Below, piece after piece: positions 1 through 11,915 of a DNA stretch of 64,000 nucleotides. Positions within the stretch are counted from its first letter, which is position 1. Each line of letters starts with the position of its first letter. The position numbers and the translations under genes are program-made. This DNA comes from Podarcis muralis (taxonomy: Eukaryota): positions 79,670,001 through 79,734,000 of the forward strand of contig NC_135660.1 of NCBI RefSeq assembly GCF_964188315.1, given 5' to 3'. The notes under the pieces were generated by a model that worked only from the letters and a program-made list of their open reading frames with translations, was not told where the DNA came from and ran no database searches.

Positions 1-2080
1 ATTTCAGCTGTCATACTAAAACAGATGTGTCAAATAAGACAAGTTTATCTGATTAATTGTCTGCCTTTGAACCAATCCATTGCTTAATCAAATAAATTTA
101 AATAAATGCCCATATTACCAACTCTTCATCGCCAACAAAATAAAGCCTGTTGCATATTGCAAGGAAGACATTTAATATTTTATTTGCATTCCCTGTCACA
201 GGCAGACATCCAAAAAAACATGCCTCTAATTCAGTCCCACAAATTAAAGCAATTTAAAGTGGAATGGTAAATCAACTAACAGCACACTTCTAGATCTGTC
301 TATTCCAAGATAAGTTCTATTGAATTCAAACTTTCTCACTCCCAGGTAAATGGGTTTAGGATTACATTCAGGCTTATTCTGAGATGGGGAAACAGCAGAT
401 GGATTAAACTATTTTGTAGAACTGGAGGAGTTTAACAAGCAAAGTTTTCATCCAGCATTAATCTGAAGCAGCATTACTTACCGGTTCCTCATATGTTTCC
501 TTGATCAAATGAAGCAGCTCAGCTGATTTGAAGAGAGATGAAGGCTAGCCAAGAAAGGGGAGGATTTCTGTTTTGCTTAGAACGGTGGGGAAAAAATCTG
601 TAGAAAAATCCCATAGATAAGTATGTTTTATTTTATCTCTGTGGATTGCAAAATTGTACTTTATACACCAGCACTTACTGGCACGACTGCATGAAGTGTT
701 TCAGCATAACCTTTCTCCCCCAGTCAATTTACTGGAAAACAGGGACAAATTCTAGAACTTGCCCTTTCGTATAATCACTGGAAGTGCTTCTCCCAGCAAA
801 TAGATCTACAGACATGTTATAGAACTGTGATACAGAAATCTGTTATATTATGCATTATAGAGATACAGAAATCTAAAATGCTTTATACTTTTTGCAGCAT
901 TATCAGAAAGCTTGGGCTGTCAATCCATAACCATTTTTTAACCTTCTGATGAGTTTGTTCAGAGTAACCTTCCTTGTCAGCTCTCAGATAAGTAAGATAG
1001 GTGGAACCAAAGGGAAGTAAACATGTTTTTGTTAAAACCATCCAAGTTTCCCAAAAGTAATGATGATTAAATCCACATATGACCTCTCCATGCAGTTAAG
1101 CAGAGTTCCAGAATATCTGGAGAGGCCGTAAAACTCTTTGCAAAAGATTAAGCTAGCAGTGAACAGTAGCTTTAAAGCCAGTTGAAACTGAGGAAAAGAG
1201 GGTGGGTGGTGAACAGATATCTATCCTTGTTTCAACACTAGGCCCTGTTTCCGGTCACAGAGGATATTCCCTATTCAGAAAGGCTGGATGTAGCTGATGC
1301 CATCCCAGCTGTTACACCAAAATCTAAATTGGAACCTGGAAAGTATTTTTTCTTTCTTTCCACCCTGAGAAGTGTTTTGGAACCTAAGGGGAAAACACAA
1401 GAACAAAACGAGCAAGTTCAGGTAGAGTGGATGGCCACACCTGAGAAAGAAGAAGGGTGGATCTACACTCATGGTTTATAATGTTAAGGAAGGGTTAAGA
1501 AATGGTTTTCACAACGTAGATGGACACATTGTGTTCTGCTTTTAACGCTCACAATGCATTATTAAAATGAGACACCAGAGGCCACTGCAGAGCAACCAGG
1601 AACCAGCAATAGGGAAATTAAGTTTTGACGGACAAAACAAGGTATGAAACGCTTTTAATCTACAAGTCTGCACTGTAACCTTTTAGAATGATATATCTAG
1701 TATTCTAATAAAGTTAAACACGTCCCTTGTAGATCCAAGGAAAGTAAAACAAATCCCATTATTCTTCATTGAGCAGGAACATCATAGGATCAGGCACTGC
1801 CTGGAAGTAGGGTGGCTGTGGGTCCTACTTATTGGAAAGGGTCCTCTTTTGGAAGGGTAGCCTGATTCAAGTATAAATCACCATAAGGATGGAGAGCAGG
1901 GACCCATGAACAGGTAGCAGCACCCTGAGCAGCAGACTGACACAGCTCGCCTGATCAGTCTTCCCCACAAGCCCACCATGGTGAGGTGTGCTCTGTTTAT
2001 ATCCAAATTATTGCAAGTTTTATGCAAACGTGTGTCATCTTTTGTACTTTTTTTAGATGATATGTACATGGCCACATGTA

Positions 2081-2520
2081 CAGTAGTGATGTATGGAAGT
2101 GAGAGCTGGACCATAAAGAAGGCTGATCGCCGAAGAATTGATGCTTTTGAATTATGGTGCTGCAGGAGACTCTTGAGAGTCCCATGGACTGCAAGAAGAT
2201 CAAACGCATCCATTCTTAAGGAAATCAGCCCTGAGTGCTCACTGGAAGGACAGATCGTGAAGTTGAGGCTCCAATACTTTGGCCATCTCATGAGAAGAGA
2301 AGACTCCCTGGAAAAGACCCTGATGTTGGGAAAGATGGAGGGCACAAGGAAAAGGGGACGACAGAGGATGAGATGGTTGGATAGTGTTCTCGAAGCTACA
2401 AACATGAGCCTGACCAAACTGCGGGAGGCGGTGGAAGACAGGAGTGCCTGGCGTGCTCTGGTCCATGGGGTCACGAAGAGTCGGACACGACTAAACGACT
2501 AAACAACAACAACAACAACA
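2081..2520 (+). mobile_element. Bov-B (RTE) LINE, 5'-truncated 3' end
   Basis: ORF ..VMYGSESWTIKKADRRRIDAFELWC..HGVTKSRTRLND; (AAC)n tail; approximate TSD acatggc(c/t)ac. Confidence 0.93.
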
Positions 2521-2592
2521 ACATGGCTACCTCAGCTGAGGGACTTTCAGGAATGTGGAGGGGACAACAATATATCACAGGGTAACAGATTA

Positions 2593-2726
2593 ATAGAATT
2601 GCAGAGTTAGAAGGGACCATGATGGTTATCTCCTCCTGCAGTGCAGGAATCTTTTGCCCAGCATGAGGCTCAGACCCATGACCCTGAGATTAAGAGTTGC
2701 ATGCTCTACCGACTGAGCTAACTCAG
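2593..2726 (-). mobile_element. tRNA-Lys(CTT)-headed SINE with CR1-type tail (not a functional tRNA)
   Basis: Minus strand TAGCTCAGTCGGTAGAGCATGCAACTCTTAATCTCAGGGTC.. followed by ..cccttctaactctgcaattctat. Confidence 0.8.
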
Positions 2727-4071
2727 AGTTTTCAGGTATAACTGCACTAACCGGCAATAATACAAAGGCTTCCTTCCCACTGGTAATAAATATTTTGTCT
2801 CCAACTTTATTTACCACTCCTGTCAAAGCGAAGGCAGCATAAGAGAAGAAAAGTAATGGTTTATACAGTCAGATCTAAGGATTATTCACACGCATGCCCA
2901 TTAGGCAACAGAGGCTTGGAATGGAGACGAGAACATCTTGGGACGCTGTCCCACAAAGCTCAGAATGTTTAGCAACAACCTTTTCTCCTTCTGTTTCAAT
3001 ATTCATGTTACATGATGGGCCACCATAGTCTCAACAGGGGTTTGGGCCTTGAGCTTCTCAAACAGCAGCTCTTCATAGCAAACCACCTTTGAAACAGCAA
3101 ACCACCTTTGAAACCAAGAAGGCTTTCTAAGGTAGCTTGTGATGTTTGCAGAGAATCTGCTCAAGCTCTTTGGACCTTGGCCCATGTTTGTTAGTGACAA
3201 ATATAATCCATTGTCATTGCCATGACACACATCATGTGGAAAGAAGTGGGGGGGGGGGAATAAAATAAATGCATGATAACCATTCTTACACATGCATGCA
3301 TCAACTAGTCCATCTTGAGATTCCAACTGCCAGAAATCTATTATTTTAATGACTGTTCCTTAATTCAAAACATGTTAGTTGCTCAAGAACATAGGGCAAG
3401 TTCCTTCTTTCAGAGACCTACCACTCCATTGTGTAGTATCGAGAAAATATCAGGTTCTGAAATGCACTTTAGATTTGAAGTTTCAGGTGGATCTAAGGCA
3501 TTAATTTGTTTAATTGTAGAATTTAATCCTAGATGGGCCGTTGACCTGATCCAGCAACTCTTCTTGTGTTTTTGTTTGATCTGTCAGATGCTGGACATTG
3601 GAGTGGTTTTGTTTTCCTTCTGTTGTATATTTGTTAAACCTTGCAACTCAGAGAGAGGAAAAGACTGGCACTCTCAATGGAGTGTTTTTCTGAGGATGTC
3701 ATGAGATGACACAGATAACAAATCAAAATCAATCAAAATGTTTATTCGGCTTTGCGCCCATCATGAAACACAACACAACAAAACAAATCAAAACAAATCA
3801 AATCAAATAAAACAGGGGACTCGTACAAGCCACAAGTAGTATAACAACACAGATAACAAAGATGACCTTGAGATAACCTAGGGTTGTCCTTACCTGAAGT
3901 TGGCCTTACAGGGAACATGTGTTTGCTGATGAAAGTGCAATGCTCCTCAGCAAGATAGGGTGAGTATTTAGGGCTTTAACTTATAGTATTGTTCAGTCAG
4001 AGGGAAGATCTGAAAGACTGATACAGCTGACTGACTCATAATGTGACTCTGAAGGTGGCATCATAAAGTAC

Positions 4072-4206
4072 CAGGGCTTTTTTTTCAGCCAAAACTTGCT
4101 AAAACTCAGTTCTGGTACCTCTCAGGTGGGCATTGTTGCCATTGTAAGAGAACAAAGTGAGTTCATGGTGAGTTCTGCGAGATCTCTTTCTAGAAAAATA
4201 GCACTG
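4072..4206. mobile_element. hAT-type MITE (cagggctttttt..aaaaatagcactg)
   Basis: Terminal inverted repeats; same family as 9460-9597 and 59737-59840. Confidence 0.75.
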
Positions 4207-4794
4207 TATAGAACCATGTTTGATTCGTTCATTATGGCTGCACTTTAGCTCTTACTCATCACTGGAGTAAGTGTAGGAGAAGACGGTTCAGGCAAGAGGG
4301 ATGACATGGTCTGCACCAGGCTGTATAGATTAGACAGGTGTGGAATGACTAATCTGTACTATAGCCACATTTTAGAGCTGGCAATGTAACCCAGTGAACT
4401 ATGCCACCATCGACAAGATTACTTGCGAGTCTCCATATCTTGGCAACAGGTTCTTTTCACAATCATAGTACCCTCAGGGATCCAAAATCCTTTTCCTTGC
4501 AAGGTCTGTGGTTTATACAGACATCTCCATTGACCTAATGTCTGGTAATAATACAAAACATTTGGGATTACAGCTAGAAGGCAGTTTAAAAGCATGGATT
4601 TTTTCCTCTCTGCCTTATGCAGCATACTTTGACAATGCAAGTTGTCACAGGAATACAAAGACGGGTAGATATTCTGCTATGCAAAAGTGGCCCACTTTTC
4701 CTAGGTTTTTCTGTATCCCCAAACTGGTGAGCAATAAGGTCCTGCTTCTGATGGTCAGAAGTTTAGCAGGGCTGTTGGCCTGGTTGAAAGAAGA

Positions 4795-5297
4795 CAACAA
4801 GAATCAGAAAATATTCCTCTATGCCACAGGAGCGGCAAGGATCCTAACTGCTAAAAACTGGAAAAAAGAAACTGTGTCAACAAAAAGAGAATGGCAAGAC
4901 AAACTGTTAGGGTATATTGAACTGGCTAGATTAACAGAGGCAATTAGAGATCACACTAGATAAGAGTTTCAAAAAGGATGGGGGAAATGCAGAGAATACT
5001 TCACAGAACAGTGCCCTAAAATACATACCTGGACTTGTTTCGATTAATGTCTGCAGGAGACTTTGTGGATATTTAAGTTATAATTAGAAAAATCTTAATA
5101 ATTATTCATAAAGGAAACAGTTTATAAGAAGTAAATAAGGAGGCCAGATACAGGATAAAGGAAGTCTTTTATTTCGTTGTTTGTATTGTATGTTATGCTC
5201 ACTGTATGTTATGTTCACGTTTAAAGAGGGTGGATTGTGTATTGGGGGGTGGGGGGGTTTATGTTATGCTGTAAATAGAATTCCAATAAAAATTATT

Positions 5298-5364
<67 letters not shown>
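4795..5364 (+). mobile_element. L1-clade LINE 3' fragment with AATAAA and (GAAA)n tail
   Basis: ORF2 C-terminal-like KIFLYATGAARILTAKNWKK..EWQDKL, then a 3'UTR, aataaa and a (GAAA)n tail; boundaries approximate. Confidence 0.75.
5298..5364 (+). repeat. (GAAA)n microsatellite
   Basis: Directly visible. Confidence 0.95.
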
Positions 5365-6062
5365 CAAGAGATAGCTAGTTCTGGAACAACCCAACCTATG
5401 TCCGAGAAACAAATAGCACAAACCTGGAAGAAATGTCAGAGTCAGTAGCCTTATGGGATCAACTGGAAGTCTTTTGTCCTCTTGTGTTGGTAGCTACAAT
5501 TACCGCTGACCACCTGAAATGATGGTGAGTGTTGTTGCTCTGCTATTTCTTTCTTCAGCGAGCTCCTGTGCTGGTACAGAGAGCAACGTTCCTGAATCTG
5601 AATACTAGAATCACTGGTATGATTCCTTGAGCGCCTTATGAAGTTACGCCATGGTCTGAGCTGGAGTAGCCTTTGTTATATGTTCTTGTGCAGGTGAGGA
5701 ACAATTCCTTGAATTGGGCTATAGAGAAGAAAATGGCAGTTTTGCATTTTTGGGACTGGTTGAAAAGGCATGTGGGCGTTCCAGTGTAGTTTCCTTGTCG
5801 TTACCATGGGGATGGATGTTGCCTGAATGTCTGCGTACTCATAGCATGTATTTTTTATTCTTGGACATGCTTTACTAGAAATCACAAGCCTCACATTAAA
5901 TTTGCCATATTCTTTCTGCACACAGTCAGGTAAAGGAAAGTAGCATCTTGAATATCACTTGCGCAACTTACTGTTCAAGCTAGAGGGGTACCGAATTTTG
6001 AAAGAATTAGAACAAACTATTCCTTCACCTCACAAACATGGCCACCCCTGCACCTCCTGATT

Positions 6063-6436
6063 TTAGAATTCACAAATGACTAACCACTCAAGTGGGCAGC
6101 CTCTGTCATGCCATTTGCCATCTTGATGCATTTCTACACAGTTCTCGTTGCCAAGATTATTTGGTTCTCCTGGGGCCCAGTTAGAGTAGCCAATGACGTC
6201 GCCATTCAGGTACTCAAACCTGCCTTCTGTCGCCATGTCATTGATCCCAAGGACTGCTCTTCTGTTATACCAGGTCACTATTTTTTGCAGGGCGCTGTTC
6301 TCTGCCGCATTCCTTGGGGAGGCAAGTGCGCCACCCATGCGCAAGCAGGTCTCACGCGCAGCATCATAATCACCTCTGGATCCATCTGTTTTGAATACCT
6401 TCTCACCAACCATCACGCCGTTGGGGGCAAGGAGAA
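6063..6436 (-). CDS. Gene 1 exon: C-type lectin CRD
   Basis: Acceptor ctctttccag; LLAPNGVMVGEKVFKT..WAPGEPNN..ENC..WHD..C..CEF*; four canonical Cys. Confidence 0.95.
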
Positions 6437-9400
6437 CTGGAAAGAGACAGGATTGCAAGGCTTTCAATCTAATACTGTAAAACGCCAGGTGCATTGATGG
6501 TACGGGCAGCATTTTATATTTCAGTGGAAGGAGAAAGGTTCTCAGTGTGGTTTAAAGCAGAGGAGAGGATGGGAGTAGTGGTTGCACAACGTATGGATGG
6601 CCATCGGCCACGGGTTCCCCATCACTTTTGTGAACTCAAATTGCATCAATAGTAAACTTGAGATGGCAAGAGCTGAGAGGACTCACTTTGTAGGTGAAGA
6701 TTAAGGTATAATTATGATAGATATATAATTTTATTTTTTATTATGATTATGATAATTGATATTATTAATGTTCTTATCTATCTGGTTCCTCTTTTTCCCT
6801 TTAACTTTTCTTGTTCTTTTCTCTTTTAATTTTGTCTTTCTGATCCTATTTGTTCTAGGTATTATTTTACTGTATCGTGAAAACTTTAATAAAATATTTT
6901 GGGGGGAAATAGTCAACTTGAAGCTATATCAGCCTATTTGAACAAAAGCAAGCAATAATTTCCCTTTCTTACCTTTTTGAGTTTTGGTGATGGCAGATTT
7001 CAAACCCTCCAACTCTGTTTCCAAGCCCCTTATTTGTGTTTTAAGGCTTTCCAGCTCTGAATGAGAAAATAGTTGCATTAGATTTCCTGATCAACTGCAA
7101 ACTCCAGAAGTGAACTTTTTCAAAATATGTATGGATAACAATCTATGGCCAAGCTTTCATGTAGCTACAGAGCTGTAGCTTTCATGTAGCTACAGAGTCC
7201 ATCATTTGAGAACAGTGCACCTACTGTAAAACTATAATGTGCCAAGTGGTCCTCAGCTGCTCATTCTTTTAGGTTATTCAAATATTTTTTTACTGTATAC
7301 AAGAAGCAGAATGAACTTCCTCCTCTTTAAAGAAGTCGAAGGGTGTTTGCCAACAGAAACAATAGCTATTCTGTTTCCCAACGTTCAGTATTTCTCTCCT
7401 GTTCTGCCTTCTGTAGGAAGGAAATGTAATACAAATAGTTCTTGAGCTCACTCATCTTGGCTGGTTCACTTGGAAATTTTTCTTCAGGTGCAAATTTTGT
7501 TAACTTCCTGGATGGCGAGTTGAACTTAAATGCCCTCTTGTTTGGAGATGGAATTAAAATAACCTCATGTTAATAATTGCAAGTGACAGATTTGTGCAGC
7601 CAACTATGGGAAGAGAGAGAGACGTTTTTGTGGAGAGTCTGTGCAAGTTTTTGCCCTGCAACAGGACAATAGTAGGTCCAGCTGGAGCCCTCTGGGGAAA
7701 GGGGAAGGGAGAGGACTCAGAGAAACCGCCAAGAGGTTTGCCTCTTAGGGTTGGGACAGTGTCTGCTGTGCAGCTTCTTTTCTCCCAGAGCTCAGAAAGT
7801 GCTTCTGTCTAAGGACCAGTAGCCCTGTGTGTTGGCTCTTAAGATTGCACTAATATTTATTTATTTATTTATTTATTTATTTATACCCCACCCATCTGGC
7901 TGGGTTTTCCCAGCCACTCTGGGCGGCTTCCAACAGAATATTAAAATACAATAGTCTATTAAACATTAAAAGCTTCCCTAAACAGGGCTGCCTTCAGATG
8001 GCATCTAAAAGTCTGGTAATTGTTGTTCTCTTTGACATCTGGTGGGAGGGCGTTCCACAGGACGGGTGTCACTACCGAGAAGGCCCTCTGCCTGGTTCCC
8101 TGTAACGTGGCTTCTTGCAGCGAGGGAACCACCAGAAGGCCCTCGGCACTGGACCTCAGTGTCCGGGCAGAACGATAGGGGTGGTTAATATTTGGATGTG
8201 GCTTCTCTTTTTGCACACACTGACACCACCACATTGGGGGAAGAAAGCCGACAACTGCCTCCCCAGAACCCCTAAGTGAGAAATGTCCACATGTGCACAC
8301 CAGATTAGTAGTAACCACAACGCAGAGTAGTAACCGGGGGGCCACTAGGGAAGATGGCCGACAATAACATCTCTCCGACCCACACGAGGTAATTAAGAGC
8401 CTGGGATGGGAGTATGCAGCCTCCCTGCCCCCCCAAGGGAATGGGGGGGACTGCCCTTGCCTGCTGTGCCCATATACCACCCCCGAATTCGAGGGGGGTG
8501 GGGGCACTAGGCAGAAAGCCCTTGTGTGGACTTTGGCTCTCCTGGACACTGTCTCTGATTCGCTCCACTAGCTGCAGCAACTTCAAAAGAAACAATTAGG
8601 AAGAAGCAAATGCACATATCCTCAAGGAAGAATGGGGAGTAAAGACTGCTAATTGAAGGGATCTCTGAGAAAGAAGACGGGTCGGATAAACAGGAATATA
8701 TCATGAGAAGACACATCAAGGCTTGGTATGTCGGCAACGGGACTGGAAGGGGGGGGGAACTTTCCTTTCTTTCTTCTATGTGATTAACCAATAATCCCCC
8801 CTCACAAGTCAGAAATGCTGCTTTAATGACCTAAGCTGCATGATTTAAGACTGTGTGGAGATAATTTCTAACCAAAAGCATGTTTTAAGGAGATCGTGGA
8901 AACTACAAGAGCTTTGGGATGACGCGGTAAAAAACAGCGTCGCCATTTATGTCTGGGAGGAGGAATGCATTTGTTTTCATACTGTGGGCGAACCTCCTCA
9001 GAGGACTAAAGAAGGCGACAGATTTGCGAAGGTTAATGATGAAAAGAGTGCTTTTATTTATGGAAGTGATGATATATGGAAACCATCTCGATATGGTTAT
9101 TGGACGGACGGAAAAATTCACACAGGATTACAACTTGTGTTTACCTGCTTAAGGAGATTATCAGAAGAGATCACAAAGAAAAAAGAAAAATATATGAAAA
9201 TAACAAGATGAGATGTGGGAACAGTAAGATAGGACTGGATAGAATTGTGAACATTATTTGGACAGATTTGTGGACATTAATGCAGCAGCAAGAAGATGAT
9301 TGGAATCCCCTTCGGAACTTGAAATATGGATACCCCCAACAAAAAATTAAAATTCGGCTTTGTAATTCGGAATTTATGTGATGTGATTTGATTTGATTTG

Positions 9401-11915
9401 ATTTGATTGGTCGGTTAATAAAAAAATATTTTTCTTAAAAAAAAAAGATTAGTAGTAACCAGGGCTTTTTTTCCCAGCCGGAACTTGCCGGAACTCAGTT
9501 CCGACCCCTCTCAGGTGGGTGCCATAGCCATTATAAGAGAACAAGGGAGGCATTCATGGTGAGTTCTGACACTTCTTTTTCAAGAAAAATAGCACTGGTA
9601 GAAACCATACAAGGGCATTTTATTTTTTAGAGGAAGAGAGTTGATTCAGAAGGAGAGAGCATCTTTCCTCATGGAGTCATGACTGGCCCAGAAACCAAAG
9701 GGATATATTTCTTCCTCACTCCTTGACTTTGAGAAGTGTCTGCGGACTTTCGGCCTAAACGTCAAGTCTTTGTATCACTTTTTTGCTAATCTCAATATGA
9801 GGCGGTTTTGAAATTCGATCCTCAATATACTTGCACATTGTAGAAGAAAACACTTTCTTCCAATCTATTTGATTGGAGCAATTGTAATTATGTTAATACT
9901 TTTCTTGCTGATTATGTGCCAGTTATGTGTTATACAGTGACACATTTCACTTTGACCAAATAAAAACATAAGGAGGTCAAACAATGCAATTGATATTGGA
10001 TGGACTACTAGCTCCCCCCCCCCTTTAGATTATAAATCTCTGGTAGGGCTCATATTATTTTTTATTTTTGTACAGTGCCTAGCTGTGTTGTTGCTGATGA
10101 CAATAATAATAATAACAACAACTGACAACAACAGCTTTTACCTGGAAGATTACTGTTTCCACTTGATCCCTTTCCACCTATAGAGCCTTTATCTCCTTCT
10201 GAACCAGGAATGCCAGTTGGTCCTGCTGGACCCTGTAGTCCTTGGGGTATTGGTAATCCTATAAAGAAGACCCAAATCAGTTAACTGATATGTGACTTAA
10301 AAACAACAACAACTCTGTTTTATAGTGCCTATCATTTGAGGTTACGTAGACAGTACTCCGCACTCTTGTGTCAGAACAGTCACCATCTCTCCAATGAGAT
10401 TTTACTTGAGAATTGTGCCTCAGAGTTCTTTGGCTCCTATACTATAGTCCGTTAGTTAAGTGCTGATACCATAGTCCTCCATATTCAGGCATTTATTAGT
10501 TCTATCTGTGGAAGGGCCACAGAGATGTAGGGAGCTGTGAAGCAGACCAGCCTCTTCCTGCTTTGCCAGTCTGATTGGCTCCAGTACCAGCCACGAAGAA
10601 AGCAGATTGGTGCAGTGTTCATAGATCACAGAAGAGTCGGAAGGGACCCTGAGGACCAACCCCCTGCAATGCAGGAATATGCAGCTGTCTCATATTGGGG
10701 ATCAAACTTGCAAAGCTGGCGTTATCAGCACCATGCTCTAACCAATGGAGCAATCCATCAGTTGGGATAGCTACCAACTATCCAGCTATCCCTTGGCTTC
10801 CCCAGTCCAATATCAGAAGCCTGGTACCCTTTGCTAGCCTGAGCAAAGGACACTCGAGTGCACAGAATGCGGCGAGGGGCAAGACCTGGGTAGGGCTTGG
10901 CAAGGTGGACTGAGAAGACTGGTGGGTTGCATTTAATCAGTGGGCTGCAAGTACCTCAACCCTTCTGTAGCATGTTAAACACCAGCTTGAGCATTGTGGC
11001 AGGAGCTTTTCGCTTATTTGATCTGCTATATGTGTCTTTGATTTTAGTGCATGTGATGAAGTAGCCTGTGGTTTACCTAAATTACAGTAGCACAACACCA
11101 CAGAGCCTAGGGCTTGCCGATCAGAAGGTCAGCAGTTCGAATCCCCACGACGGGGCGAGCTCCCGTTGCTCGGTCCCTGCTCCTGCCAACCCAGGAGTTC
11201 GAAAGCACGTCAAAGTGCAAGTAGATAAATAGGTACCGCTCCGGCGGGAAGGTAAATGGCGTTTCCGTGCACTGCTCTGGTTCGCCAGAAGTGGCTTAGT
11301 CATGCTGGCCACATGGCCCGGAAGCTGTACTCCGGCTCCCTCGGCCAATAAAGCGAGATGACCCCAGAGTTGTCCGCGACTGGACCTAATGGTCACGGGT
11401 CCCTTTACCTTTACGTGTCTTTGTTTTATTTTAGTGCATGTGATGAAGTAGCCTGTGGTTTACCTAAATTACAGTAGTTAGATATTCTAGCCTTATGAAA
11501 TACTATATTACCATAAAATAGTTCTTCCTGACATTGCTGCTATAAGGAACAGGAAGCTGCCCTGTCCCCCATTTCCTGTCACAGGGGCTTTGATCTATTG
11601 TCGTTAGCTAAAAAAAGAGCCCACACATACTTGCTCCAAGCTTGTATATGAGAACAGAGTGGATCAAGCTTATATAGAAGTTATTTACCCCATATTTACC
11701 CCAAAGTGCACAAAAAGAGAGTGCACCCTCCCCATAAATGTTCTGGTACCTTGATCTCCCTCTTCTCCTTTTGGTCTGGTCTCAGCAGATGCACATATAA
11801 CTAATGTACAAGCATTAGGAACCCATCCTGGCAGAAAAAGCCTTGGAGCAGAGCTGGTGGTTCTCTGCAGAGATGCTCCCCTTACCAATGGAGAAAGTAT
11901 TAGAAGTATCAGCAT
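6063..11915 (-). CDS. Collectin gene 1: SP-D-derived short-collagen collectin, 4 coding exons, predicted 246 aa
   Basis: Exons 11750-11915 (166 nt, MLILLILSPL..NACTLVICASAETRPKGEEGDQ), 10142-10258 (117 nt collagen), 6973-7056 (84 nt neck) and 6063-6436 (374 nt CRD, EPN..WHD..CEF*). All junctions are GT-AG, phase 1; the sum of 741 nt is an open frame. Confidence 0.9.
6973..7056 (-). CDS. Gene 1 exon: 84-nt coiled-coil neck
   Basis: cattcag/AG..AAAG/gtaaga; encodes ELESLKTQIRGLETELEGLKSAITKTQK with a heptad pattern. Confidence 0.92.
7851..8185 (-). mobile_element. L2-type LINE 3' end
   Basis: (TTTA)n tail; the minus ORF ends ..QRAFSVVTPVLWNALP..FRCHLKAALFREAF, typical of the L2 ORF2 C-terminus. 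Confidence 0.85.
8336..9445 (+). mobile_element. Apparently complete ~1.1-kb non-autonomous L1-type retroelement
   Basis: 5' G-run + AAGATGGCCG; 3' (GATTT)n, AATAAA at 9417 and poly(A); 16-bp TSD agattagtagtaacca at 8302-8317 and 9446-9461; no long ORF. Confidence 0.75.
9460..9597. mobile_element. hAT-type MITE
   Basis: TIRs cagggc../..gcactg; 8-bp TSD gtagtaac/gtagaaac. Confidence 0.8.
10142..10258 (-). CDS. Gene 1 exon: 117-nt collagen exon
   Basis: tttatag/GA..CCAG/gtaaaa; encodes GLPIPQGLQGPAGPTGIPGSEGDKGSIGGKGSSGNSNLP. Confidence 0.9.
11091..11414 (+). mobile_element. Sauria SINE (5' end slightly truncated)
   Basis: Diagnostic ..gttcgaaagcacgtcaaagtgcaagtagataaataggtaccgc.. and (ACCTTT)n tail. 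Confidence 0.92.
11750..11915 (-). CDS. Gene 1 exon: signal peptide + N-terminal Cys region + 2 Gly-X-Y
   Basis: ATG at 11915, 16 nt inside an acceptor (ttttag at 11932-11937). NACTLVIC matches the SP-D N-terminus. Donor is CAAG/gtacca. Confidence 0.85.

Noticed and set aside
1878-2502. Long ORFs of 174-213 aa here and at 12962-13631 on both strands
   Set aside because: They are Bov-B LINE ORF2 ends and their antisense shadows, not host genes.
2593-2726. tRNA-Lys-like and tRNA-Ile-like sequences (also 19039, 21253, 54742)
   Set aside because: The acceptor stems are broken and each runs into a CR1 tail; they are SINE heads, not tRNA genes.
3077-3114. Small tandem duplications (19 bp here; 21 bp at 7152-7197; 20 bp at 51164-51261)
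   Set aside because: Ordinary slippage or repair duplications in non-coding DNA.
470-5700. Scattered exon-like pieces (e.g. minus 482-544 PSSLFKSAELLHLIKETYEEP; plus 3911-3958 EHVFADESAMLLSKIG; ORF 3315-3704)
   Set aside because: They have plausible splice dinucleotides but no recognisable homology and cannot be joined into a consistent gene model; RNA data are needed.
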